Under the pieces are notes generated by a model. The model saw nothing but the letters and a program-made list of their open reading frames with translations, did not search any database and was not told the DNA's origin. Positions 53,318-63,024 of a DNA stretch of 64,000 nt are shown here, piece by piece. Source of the stretch: Pachysolen tannophilus NRRL Y-2460 (taxonomy: Eukaryota); contig KV454014.1 in NCBI GenBank assembly GCA_001661245.1, forward strand, positions 1,022,892-1,086,891, given 5' to 3'. Position 1 is the first letter of the stretch; every line of letters begins with the position of its first letter. The position numbers and the translations under genes are program-made.

Positions 53318-55876
53318 ATGACAGCTTCAAGTAACGGCGGTAAAGTGCATAATAATAATAATAATAATATTGATGATACCAAGTTAAAGAACAAGCCGTA
53401 TAATAATGGTTTAGAAGAATATAATAATCATAATATTAGTGAGGGCGCTATGAGCTCTCATACTCAAAAATTTAAACTTTTCAAAAATTGTTTGAAGAAT
53501 CCTTTTAATAAAAATGGGAATAATAATAATAATAATAATAATGGGGTGTTAATTACACCCCCGTCATCAAAACATAGTAAATTAAAGGATATACCGAATA
53601 TTCGTACAAATTTGGTTGCATTTTCATCTTCTTCTTCATCATCATTTTCATCAAATACAACACATACAAATGGTATTAATGATGCAATGCTCCGCGGTTG
53701 TGATGATGACGATATGGCATACTCATCAGCATCATCATCTTTATCTTCTGAATCTCTTAATTCAGATGGGGAAAGTGAATCCAAGTTGAAAGAATTGGAA
53801 GAAAATGAAAAAGACTATTGTTCTGGTGGGTATCATCCCACTTTTATTGGAGAAAAATATGGTCCAAATGATAGGTATACAGTAGTTAGAAAATTAGGTT
53901 GGGGACATTTTTCAACTGTATGGTTAGCATTCGATAATAAAACATCAACTCATGTTGCTTTTAAAATTGTTCGCTCAGCTAAACAATATCATGAAGCAGC
54001 TTTGGATGAAATAAAAATATTAGAAGCAATCAATGATGGAGATGATTCACATCCGGGGAAAAGACATTTGGTTAAAATGTTGGACCATTTTGTCATAAAA
54101 GGTCCAAATGGTCAACATGTTTGTATGGTTTTTGAAGTCTTGGGTGAAAATATGCTTAATTTGATAAATAAATTTAAAGATTTCCAAAAAAATCAAAAAT
54201 TAAATATTAAAAGTTCAGGCAGAAATAATTCGGCTTCTTCTTCTTCATATCACAGCAATAATAATAATTATAATAATATTTATAACACAACACCCACTTC
54301 TTCATCATCAGCATCTTTTTCTTGTCAGAATGGTGGATGTGCAGAAATTGAAGCTGTCTTAAAAGATATGCATGGAGGGTTACCGATTCAATTGGTAAAA
54401 CAAATAACAAAACAATTATTGTTAGCTCTTGATTATCTTCATTCAAAATGTGGATTGATTCATACAGATTTAAAACCTGAAAATGTTTTGATTGAAATTA
54501 ATGATGTTGAAAAATTACTCAAACTTATAGAATTAGATGAAAAAAAGAAACGTAGAAATTATATTTCAAAATTAAACACTAATTATGGTATTAATAGGAG
54601 ACGCAATAGTGCTCAGCAAGATCAAAATATTAATTCTGGTGGTCGTCATAAATCTAGAAGATCAATAACAAAATATTACGATTCTCCAGTTAGATGCTCA
54701 AAACCACTATCATCGCCTTTAACTATTGAAGAGAATATATTTAGATCTTTTTCACTTGCAAGCAGAAATTCGTTTTCTAGTAGTCATAGAAGCAGCGTTA
54801 GCAAGGATAATTCTTTTAATAATAACAATAACAGTACTGAAGTCATTAATGGTAATGGTAATGGTAATATAATTTTTAATTCTGAAATTTTCAGATTAAC
54901 TGAAAATAGTTCTTTATCTCAGGATATTGGTATATCACCAAGAGAAATGGCCAATTCAGCAGAAAACTTACGCAAGAATAAGAAATCTTTAGATGAAAAA
55001 TATTCTTTAAAAGATGAAGAAAATTCATCAGAAGCTTTAACAAAATTGTCAACTAGTTTTGGATCATTATTTTTGGAAAATAAAAATGAATTATCAAAAT
55101 GGTATCAAGATGAATATTGTAACAGTGTTGATTTAAATAATCTGATTTCAATTAAGATAGCAGATTTAGGTAATGCTTGCTGGTCATATCATCATTATAC
55201 CAATGATATTCAAACTAGGCAGTATAGAGCACCAGAAATAATTTTAGGTGGTGAATGGGGTTGTTCCACAGATATCTGGTCTGCAGCTTGTTTAATTTTT
55301 GAACTTATAACTTCTGATTATTTATTTGATCCCAAAATTGGTGCTTCTTTTGGTAAAGATGATGATCATTTGGCTCAGATAATGGAACTTTTAGATTATG
55401 CTCCTCATAAAGATTATCTTTCAAATTGTAAAAATGCAAAGTCATTTTTTTCTAGATCAAACGATAGTGATTTTTGTTTTTTGAAAAAAATTAGAAACTT
55501 GAAAATTTGGAAATTGGACAAAGTTTTACTAGAAAAATACCATTTAGACGAGTCAGAAGCTGATGAGATTTCCGATTTACTTGTTAATATGTTAAAATTC
55601 GAACCAAAAGATCGTATGGATGCTGCTGGTTTATCAAACCATTCATTTTTGTCGAATTGTAATGTAGATGAAGGTGTGGACAAGGAATATGGCAGCAAAG
55701 GTGAAGATATTAAAGGATGGTATTATGAATATAAGGCTAGCAGATTGTGTTGTAATAAGAAAAAGAAAAAATCAGAAAAACTTCTCTGTGGAAGGAAAAA
55801 TCATGTTGATGCTAAGGCACCAATGGAAAAGTTAGAACCCGGAAATGGCAAAGAAGTGCTTTTTGGTGTTTATTAA
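53318..55876 (+). CDS. SKY1: SR-protein kinase (SRPK) with long spacer inserts
   Basis: DYCSGGYHP, RKLGWGHFSTVWLA, IHTDLKPEN, KIADLGNACW, IQTRQYRAPE; first ATG at 53318. Confidence 0.93.
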   Translation: MTASSNGGKVHNNNNNNIDDTKLKNKPYNNGLEEYNNHNISEGAMSSHTQKFKLFKNCLKNPFNKNGNNNNNNNNGVLITPPSSKHSKLKDIPNIRTNLVAFSSSSSSSFSSNTTHTNGINDAMLRGCDDDDMAYSSASSSLSSESLNSDGESESKLKELEENEKDYCSGGYHPTFIGEKYGPNDRYTVVRKLGWGHFSTVWLAFDNKTSTHVAFKIVRSAKQYHEAALDEIKILEAINDGDDSHPGKRHLVKMLDHFVIKGPNGQHVCMVFEVLGENMLNLINKFKDFQKNQKLNIKSSGRNNSASSSSYHSNNNNYNNIYNTTPTSSSSASFSCQNGGCAEIEAVLKDMHGGLPIQLVKQITKQLLLALDYLHSKCGLIHTDLKPENVLIEINDVEKLLKLIELDEKKKRRNYISKLNTNYGINRRRNSAQQDQNINSGGRHKSRRSITKYYDSPVRCSKPLSSPLTIEENIFRSFSLASRNSFSSSHRSSVSKDNSFNNNNNSTEVINGNGNGNIIFNSEIFRLTENSSLSQDIGISPREMANSAENLRKNKKSLDEKYSLKDEENSSEALTKLSTSFGSLFLENKNELSKWYQDEYCNSVDLNNLISIKIADLGNACWSYHHYTNDIQTRQYRAPEIILGGEWGCSTDIWSAACLIFELITSDYLFDPKIGASFGKDDDHLAQIMELLDYAPHKDYLSNCKNAKSFFSRSNDSDFCFLKKIRNLKIWKLDKVLLEKYHLDESEADEISDLLVNMLKFEPKDRMDAAGLSNHSFLSNCNVDEGVDKEYGSKGEDIKGWYYEYKASRLCCNKKKKKSEKLLCGRKNHVDAKAPMEKLEPGNGKEVLFGVY

Positions 55877-56202
55877 CATATTTCCGTTTGAAGGAAGAAA
55901 TTTTATTAGTTATTTTGGGAGGAGTTAATATTATTATTATTATTATTATTTGATATCGTTTTTAAGAAAAAGTAATGGGTTAGGATACGGATGTTTACAA
56001 AGGGGTCGTAACAGAGGAGAAAAAGTCATTTTATTGGGTTTATTTATTTATTTTGAGTCGTTAATCTTTTTTTTTTTTTTTAACGCTTATGCTTTCATTT
56101 ACATTTAGGATCATATAACATTTATTAGAGAATTCAATAATACTTTTAGATACTTTTTGTTCTTTGAAATTATATTTTAGAGATGGAAAAGTTTAATAAT
56201 GA

Positions 56203-57270
56203 TCACTTTGGGTTTTCATCTATAAGTTTATGCGAGTAGAATTCGAAATTATCTTCTTCGGAAGATAAATCTTCCTCATTGTCATCGTCATTATTTAACC
56301 AAGAAGGAGCACCGTTATTTTTTGTTGACTGATTTTCAGAATTATTTTCATGATTATCATAATTTTTCATTCTATCCTTAAATGAGCTGAGCATCTTAAT
56401 GGTTTCTTGTTCTCGGGCTTCTAAAGCAGATTTATCTAATTTATGTCTTCTCCGGTTACTATTCAGGTTCTTTTGGGAAACTATCGTAGAACTATTATCC
56501 TTGGATTCGCTTTTTTCCAAAACTGGAGGTGAAATGACCTTCAGTTTTTCTTTATTTTCTTTATCTTCTATTATTTTAGAATCTTCAACTTCTTTATTCA
56601 CTACTAATCTTTCATCATTCAACAATTCATGAGCAGATTTCATTTTCAAGTTAACAGATTCATCTAGATTACCTTCTTCTTCAACATCTTCATAATTCAA
56701 TTTCACTTTTATTTTTTTCAGCTTTTTTTTATTCTTTGTCGTAATGGTTTCATTGGTTTTCCTTTTCTTACTATCTTCAGAATCTAAATCATCAAAATAC
56801 TTTATTATGACCTCGCATTTTGTAATAACTGCTGGATATAAAGGTTCTTCTCCATTCAATTCTCCATCTGCTATTTTTAACACATTATAAATGGTATCAC
56901 CAACAACCTTACCAAAAACTGTAAATTTATTATTCAACTCACTAGTCTCTCGCAATGTTATGAAAAATTGGTCATTGTTGGAATTGGGTTTATTTCTATT
57001 AGAACTCCCTAAGATACCTCTTCTGTTGAATCTTAATCTTGAATGAAATTCATCTTTGAAAAACAGTGATTCTTCTTTCAAAGGTTCATCTATTTGAATT
57101 ATAAAATCTTTAATAATCTTATTAAATTTACAACCGTTGAATTTTTGAGAAATACAATTTTGTATAAAATTTCTTGAAGTTATTGGTGTTTCCTTTGCCC
57201 ATAATTCAATCTCTATGGGTCCCTTTGTTGATTGCAAGATCACTTTAGCTGTTGTTGGTGGTTCTGCCAT
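56203..57270 (-). CDS. CWC27: Spliceosome-associated cyclophilin-like protein Cwc27
   Basis: EPPTTAKV, IELWAKETP...RNFIQ, FKDEFHSRLRFNRRG, FGKVVGDTIYN. Confidence 0.9.
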   Translation of the reverse strand: MAEPPTTAKVILQSTKGPIEIELWAKETPITSRNFIQNCISQKFNGCKFNKIIKDFIIQIDEPLKEESLFFKDEFHSRLRFNRRGILGSSNRNKPNSNNDQFFITLRETSELNNKFTVFGKVVGDTIYNVLKIADGELNGEEPLYPAVITKCEVIIKYFDDLDSEDSKKRKTNETITTKNKKKLKKIKVKLNYEDVEEEGNLDESVNLKMKSAHELLNDERLVVNKEVEDSKIIEDKENKEKLKVISPPVLEKSESKDNSSTIVSQKNLNSNRRRHKLDKSALEAREQETIKMLSSFKDRMKNYDNHENNSENQSTKNNGAPSWLNNDDDNEEDLSSEEDNFEFYSHKLIDENPK

Positions 57271-57453
57271 ATCTCTCTTTTACTTGTTGAGCGAATTTAT
57301 TATCTATAAAGATTTATCCTGTAAAAGACTAATAGAAAAAAAATCATATAAATATAATATATATATATATATATATTTATACCGGGAAACACATACAACT
57401 AGTATTCTTTTCTGTTTTAAATTAATAATAATTTTTTGAATACAAGATAAGAA

Positions 57454-57972
57454 TCAATGGTTCCAAAAATCTTTATGATCTTTTATAATTTCTTCAAATA
57501 ATTCATCAAATGGACCTATAATTTGAATATCTTTTTGGCCTCTCAGAGCAACACTTCTAGAATCCAAATTTAATGTCATGTTTTCTGGATTATCATTAGT
57601 CAATTGTAACAATTTCTGCTCTTCAGCTCCATAGACAATTCTTCCTATATTACTCCAATAGCATGAACCAAAACACATTACACATGGCTCAAAGTTGGTG
57701 TACAAAGTACATTTCCAAAGAAATTCTGGAGGAAAGTTACTCCATGCAATTCGACAAAGTGTTGACTCTGCATGATTTAAAGTATCAATATTTCCCTGGG
57801 ATATTAAAACTTCTTCATTATCTGGTCCTACAAGAATACAACCAAATGGATGCTTATGTAGAAGGGTTTTCGCTCTGTTAGCTGTTTTGATCGCTGTTCG
57901 GAGATGTTTGATCATAAGTTCTCGCGATGGGAGAGGTGATCTTTCGGGGAAGATATTAACAGTGGAAGACAT
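57454..57972 (-). CDS. Cytidine-deaminase-fold Zn-dependent nucleobase/nucleoside deaminase
   Basis: HPFG, HAE and EPCVMC zinc motifs, IGRIVYG. Confidence 0.85.
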   Translation of the reverse strand: MSSTVNIFPERSPLPSRELMIKHLRTAIKTANRAKTLLHKHPFGCILVGPDNEEVLISQGNIDTLNHAESTLCRIAWSNFPPEFLWKCTLYTNFEPCVMCFGSCYWSNIGRIVYGAEEQKLLQLTNDNPENMTLNLDSRSVALRGQKDIQIIGPFDELFEEIIKDHKDFWNH

Positions 57973-58181
57973 TTTTTTTTATGAGAAACAATGAATACTA
58001 ATATTTATATATGAATTTGTTGTTGGTAAATTTGATTCAAATTCAACTTTGTGAATGACGAGTGAAAAGAAAGAAAAAAAATAAAAAATAAAAAAAACTC
58101 TGATAACTAGATAAATAATAATAAATAAATAAATAATAAATAAATAAATAATAAATAAATAAATAAATAAATTTTCTCACT

Positions 58182-59402
58182 TTAAATATTGAACAAATTG
58201 AGTGAATCTTTTGGAGTATTAACATAATCTCTCAATTTTTCAACTTCTTCTTTGGAATAAACAGTTCTATTTTCTGTCTGTGAGGAATGGAAGATTACTG
58301 GTTTTACATATCTGTATAAATATTCTGATAATTCATCTGCAACCATATCCAAATCATTAAAAGTCTTACAATTTGGATCTATAACTTGATTAATATGAAC
58401 TCTTGTCAATTGATCAGTATTAAATCTTTCTTGTGAAGATAAAACTTGTCTTACTTGAGCAACAAATTTAACTAAAAATTCAGGAATTGGTAAATAATAA
58501 CCAGCAGAAGCAGGGTAGTAACCTCTTTGATCAATATGAATAATATGTTTAATCATTTCTCTTAATTCCAGCTTTGAATAACGTTCATTACCATATAATT
58601 CAAAAGTTTGACCCATAGTAGAATCATCATAACCAATTTTTTCCAACAGTTGTGCCACTTGAGCTCCATGAACTGGGTAAACTTCTTTTTTAAAAATAAT
58701 ATTACCACCCAAGACTTTAATTCTTAATAATTCATTTAAAAATCTTGAATTTCTACCATACATTGGAGCTGGTCTAACAATTGTTGCATCTGGGTAAAAA
58801 TCTTTAACAACTTGTTCACTTAAACCTTTTGTTGCATAAAAAATTGATTCTGAATTTGGATTTGCATTATAAGAAGAAACATGAATAAATCTTGGAACAC
58901 CTGCTTCCCTTGATGCTTTAGCTATTCTTCTTGCAGCTTCAATATTTACATCTGCCATTGAGAAATTTTTGGTCCAATGTTCAGAACCAATCAAATTAAA
59001 TACAATATCAGAATGCAGAACACTTTTAGCAATTGAATCTAAATTTCTAATATCAAATTCCATAAAATTAACAACTCCTAAATCTCCATTAACTTTTAAT
59101 TGTCTTTTAAGCATAGCATTTCTAAAAGGAACAACAGTAATAGTCCCATGTTTAGCTAACTTGGCAACCAACTGACGACCTAAAAACCCAGACCCACCAA
59201 AAACTGTTGCCGTATACCCAGTTCTTGAAGATCTGTTCCCTTGACCTACCGCTGTTACAATCTTACCTGCACCTGTAATATTGACATCTGATTTTAATGG
59301 GAAAAGTGATATATACCTCCTACTATTTCTGAAAAAACAAAATTTGGAAATATTAACCTCACTAACCTCACTAACAACTCTAAAAGCTACTTTCAACACC
59401 AT
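58182..59402 (-). CDS. Mitochondrial complex I 39/40-kDa accessory subunit (NDUFA9/NUEM)
   Basis: RSSRTGYTATVFGGSGFLGR, LKVNGDLGVV, HSDIVFNLIG, ATIVRPAPMYG. Confidence 0.92.
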   Translation of the reverse strand: MVLKVAFRVVSEVSEVNISKFCFFRNSRRYISLFPLKSDVNITGAGKIVTAVGQGNRSSRTGYTATVFGGSGFLGRQLVAKLAKHGTITVVPFRNAMLKRQLKVNGDLGVVNFMEFDIRNLDSIAKSVLHSDIVFNLIGSEHWTKNFSMADVNIEAARRIAKASREAGVPRFIHVSSYNANPNSESIFYATKGLSEQVVKDFYPDATIVRPAPMYGRNSRFLNELLRIKVLGGNIIFKKEVYPVHGAQVAQLLEKIGYDDSTMGQTFELYGNERYSKLELREMIKHIIHIDQRGYYPASAGYYLPIPEFLVKFVAQVRQVLSSQERFNTDQLTRVHINQVIDPNCKTFNDLDMVADELSEYLYRYVKPVIFHSSQTENRTVYSKEEVEKLRDYVNTPKDSLNLFNI

Positions 59403-59606
59403 TTCCTATCCATCAACTAATAGATTGATCAATCTACCTAATCCAATAATAATTACAATATCAATTTAATATATATATATCTTATTTAATCTTACTGGTT
59501 TACAATAAATTATCATTTTATAAACTCACTATTTGATATTTCGAATACTACTTTTTTGTTTATTTCCACCATCAAAAAAGAGCATTTTTTGATGGAATTG
59601 AAATGA

Positions 59607-59643
<37 letters not shown>

Positions 59644-59703
59644 GAAAAGAAAAGAAAAGAGAAGATGTCTTGATTTCTCGTTGTCGGCAGTTGATAGTGT
59701 GGA

Positions 59704-61836
59704 TCAGTGTTTTCCCTTTGTACGTTTATGTCTTAATTCTTTTTGTTGTTTTTCGATTTCTGGATCGAACAAGATGAATTCATCTAAACCTTTACCTGCA
59801 GGAACCATTGGTAATACTGGGACTTTTTTCTCTACCCAAGCATCCAATAAGACTGGGCCATCTGTGTTCAACCATTCTGCTATACCTGGGATCATATCTT
59901 CTTGTTTTACAATTCTAATTGCTTTCATACCCATTGCTTCTGCCAATTTTACAAAATCTGGATTTGTTTGATGAGTATGTGAATAACGATCTTCATAAAA
60001 AAGAGATTGCCATTGGGTGACCATACCTTGTTCTTCATTATTTAAGACACAAACTTTAATTGGTGCATTTGCCTGTACAGCAGAGCTTAATTCAGTAAGG
60101 GTCATGTTTAATGAAGCATCACCATCAATATCAATAACTAAAGCATTTGGTTTTGCAACTTGAGCACCAATTGCAGCAGGAAGACCATAACCCATTGTTC
60201 CCAAACCACCAGAGGTAATAAAAGTTCTTGGTTTTGTCCAATTGAAATATTGAGCAGTCCACATTTGATGTTGTCCAACACCAGTGGTAACAATAACTTC
60301 TTCTTTATTTTTCATCAGATGCAGTTGTTTTGAAATTTCAGAGATTAAAGTTTGTGGTTTTATAGCAGAACCTGGTGTTTCTAATTGATATGTATATGGA
60401 TATTTCAATTTCCATTCTTTAATTTGATCAAACCATTCTTTTCTTTCTAATTTAGTAACTGGTTCAATAATTGGTATGAATTTTTCTAAATTATGAGTAA
60501 CATCACCTTCTATAGCTTCTGTCAGTTCAACAACTTTATTTATATTTTTTGGTTGAATTTCAAAATGTATAATTCCACCTCTTTTCTCCAATGCAGCTAA
60601 TTTTGCTTGTGGAGCAAATTTATTTATATTACCAGTAACACGATCATCAAATCTTGCACCTAATGCAATAATACAATCTGAATTTTGCATTGCCATATTT
60701 GCTACAGCTGATCCATGCATACCTAATAAATCTAAAGATTTTTCATCATTTTGATTAAATGCACCTAATGCTTGTAAAGTTGTTGTAACTGGAATTTGAG
60801 CTCTATCAGCCAATTCTTTTAATTTTTTAGGTCCTAATTCTGAATTTAAAATACCTGCACCAACATATAAAACTGGTTTTTTCAGTTTATTTAATAACAG
60901 TGCAGCTCTTTGAATTGAACGCATTGTAAATTCATTTACTGCAGCTTCTGTAATTTCTTTTAAAGTAGATGATGGTAAAGTTGTATTCACAGGAATAGCT
61001 TCTCTTAAAATTGCAGCAGTAACATCTTTTGGTAAATCAACCAATACAGGACCTGGACGTCCAGAAGTCAGGATTTCAAAAGCTTCATTTATACGTCTTG
61101 GTAATTCTGCAACCGATTTTACCATCACATTCCATTTTGTACAAGATCTCGATATACCAACAACATCTGCTTCTTGGAAAGCATCGGTACCAATTGCCGA
61201 AGTTGGGACTTGCCCCGTAAATACAACCAATGGAACACCATCTGCCAATGCATCTGCCATTGGTGTGACAACGTTTGTAGCACCTGGACCCGAGGTGACC
61301 AAGACAACACCAGGTTTCCCCGAAGCTCTAGCATAACCTTCAGCCATATGACCTGCTCCTTGTTCATGACGAGGCAAGACAAACTTAAAATGAGGCGAAT
61401 TATAAATTGCATCAAATACAGGTAAAATGGCTCCACCAGGATATCCAAATACAGTATCAACTTTATGCCTAAGCATCATTTCATGGAAAACTTGACCACC
61501 ACTCAAACCAATAAACGAATCATCCATAAGCAGCTGCTGCGAGTGTGTACTTTTTGATTTCGATTTCCCAGTTCTTTGAATCGGCAGCAGCTGTTGGGGC
61601 TGGGGCAGCTGGTGCTGCTGTTGGTGCTGCAGCTGTTGATTCAACAGTTGTTTCTGATCTTTCTCTTGCTCTTGATTAAAAGAAGGCAGCGGTGTTGGCC
61701 TCACAGCAGCTGCCCCATGAACTGCCTGAGCTGCCAGAGCAGCATTATAACAAGCCACTGAAGATGTTAATGATCTTTTCGCAACAGCGGTGAAAATTTT
61801 ACAATGTATATTTGGTTTTATAGTATTATAAATCAT
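59704..61836 (-). CDS. ILV2: Acetolactate synthase catalytic subunit, mitochondrial
   Basis: VFGYPGGAILPVFD, RHEQGAGHMAEGYA, TGVGQHQMW, SGGLGTMG, GDAS...NNEEQGMV. Confidence 0.98.
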   Translation of the reverse strand: MIYNTIKPNIHCKIFTAVAKRSLTSSVACYNAALAAQAVHGAAAVRPTPLPSFNQEQEKDQKQLLNQQLQHQQQHQLPQPQQLLPIQRTGKSKSKSTHSQQLLMDDSFIGLSGGQVFHEMMLRHKVDTVFGYPGGAILPVFDAIYNSPHFKFVLPRHEQGAGHMAEGYARASGKPGVVLVTSGPGATNVVTPMADALADGVPLVVFTGQVPTSAIGTDAFQEADVVGISRSCTKWNVMVKSVAELPRRINEAFEILTSGRPGPVLVDLPKDVTAAILREAIPVNTTLPSSTLKEITEAAVNEFTMRSIQRAALLLNKLKKPVLYVGAGILNSELGPKKLKELADRAQIPVTTTLQALGAFNQNDEKSLDLLGMHGSAVANMAMQNSDCIIALGARFDDRVTGNINKFAPQAKLAALEKRGGIIHFEIQPKNINKVVELTEAIEGDVTHNLEKFIPIIEPVTKLERKEWFDQIKEWKLKYPYTYQLETPGSAIKPQTLISEISKQLHLMKNKEEVIVTTGVGQHQMWTAQYFNWTKPRTFITSGGLGTMGYGLPAAIGAQVAKPNALVIDIDGDASLNMTLTELSSAVQANAPIKVCVLNNEEQGMVTQWQSLFYEDRYSHTHQTNPDFVKLAEAMGMKAIRIVKQEDMIPGIAEWLNTDGPVLLDAWVEKKVPVLPMVPAGKGLDEFILFDPEIEKQQKELRHKRTKGKH

Positions 61837-62184
61837 AACCCCTAATTTAAATAATAATGAAAAATTAAAAAAAAAAAAATAATAAATGGGAATTTTAATA
61901 CAGAAAAAGTATCAATGTAAAATAAAAATAAAAAAATAAAAAATCAAATAAAACTACCCAAACACTTTTTTTTTTTAATCACTTCTTACTTATCTATCCT
62001 ATCCTTAACCTTTTCTCTAATGATTTTACAAAAAAAAAAAAATTTTTTTATTTATTGTTAAAGATGAACAAAATTGTGGTATTATATATTTTTAGTGAAA
62101 AATTTATAGTTTTATACAAAGAAAAGAAAAAAAAAAATTTAAAAAAAAAAAAAAAATTTTTTTTCGTGCGCATGCGCAGAAAAA

Positions 62185-62191
62185 GAGTCAT
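62185..62191 (-). promoter_or_regulatory. Putative Gcn4 site (ATGACTC on the minus strand) upstream of ILV2
   Basis: GAGTCAT about 350 bp upstream of the ILV2 ATG; amino-acid biosynthesis genes are established Gcn4 targets. Confidence 0.55.
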
Positions 62192-62872
62192 AATAAATAC
62201 CGATCAAAACTATGAAAATGAATATGTCCTCTTGTCCTGTCTTTCACCGGTCTTTTAATTGTTTCAATTGTTTATTGACTATTCATTTTTCTTTACAAGT
62301 GGAAAGTTTTATTTTACGGTTTATGAAACAATTGGTAGATTTGTGTTGTAGTAAAAGTACTTATTAATTGTAAATTAACTCTTGTAAAACGAAAAAAGAA
62401 AAAAAATTTATTTTGAGTTTATATTTATTTATATTCTTAATGGCCGGTAAGCGGTAAGCGGTGAGCGGTACGGTGTGAATTGCGAATTGTGGGGCGGTAA
62501 ATAGTGAGTGTTTTGGGCGGTAATGTTTTTGGGCAGTGACATAAACTTTTGATCTCTTTTAAAGGGCTTAATTTTTTTTTCGATTACTTTCGATTACACG
62601 ACTTTTTTTCACTTTTCTTTTTTTTTTTTTTTTTTTTTTACAGTGCGGGGGAGAAAACGGAAAAAAAGAAACGGAGCGGAAAAGGGACCTTCCCCATTTG
62701 GGCTTATTTCGAAGTTTTGTGCTTGTCGGTGCACTACCTAATGATAATGTACTTGTTTTGATATTAAGTGCACGATTTTATGTGTTTTCCTCTTTTAGCG
62801 CTTTGTATTTCAAACCACTACTTTTTATTTTTCTTTTGAAAAAAAATTTTTTGGTCGTGCGATTTGGAGCGA

Positions 62873-62936
62873 AAAAATTTTTCAGCCCATAAAGAAAAAA
62901 AAAAGAGAAGAAGAAGAAGAAGAAGAAGTTGATGAG
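62873..62936. promoter_or_regulatory. RRPE and PAC-core elements upstream of ERB1
   Basis: AAAAATTTTTCA at 62873-62884 and GATGAG at 62931-62936, upstream of a ribosome-biogenesis gene. Confidence 0.6.
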
Positions 62937-62970
62937 TTTAGTTAGTTTTATACGTTAAAGGTATAGGCGC

Positions 62971-62998
62971 TAAGTTCTAAGTTCTAAGTTCTAAGTTC
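62971..62998. repeat. (TAAGTTC)x4 tandem repeat just upstream of the ERB1 start codon
   Basis: Read directly from the sequence. Confidence 0.9.
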
Positions 62999-63024
62999 TA
63001 GGATTTAGGTTATTAAGGCTGATA

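Noticed and set aside
59329..59375. Possible GTTAGT...TTTCAG mini-intron in the NDUFA9 presequence
   Set aside because: 47 nt (or 38 nt from the second donor) would break the frame, there is no branch point, and the ORF is already open
61520..61670. Ala/Pro-rich alternative frame in the ILV2 N-terminal region suggesting a frameshift
   Set aside because: The main frame is continuous into the conserved MDDSFIG, while the alternative frame ends in a stop
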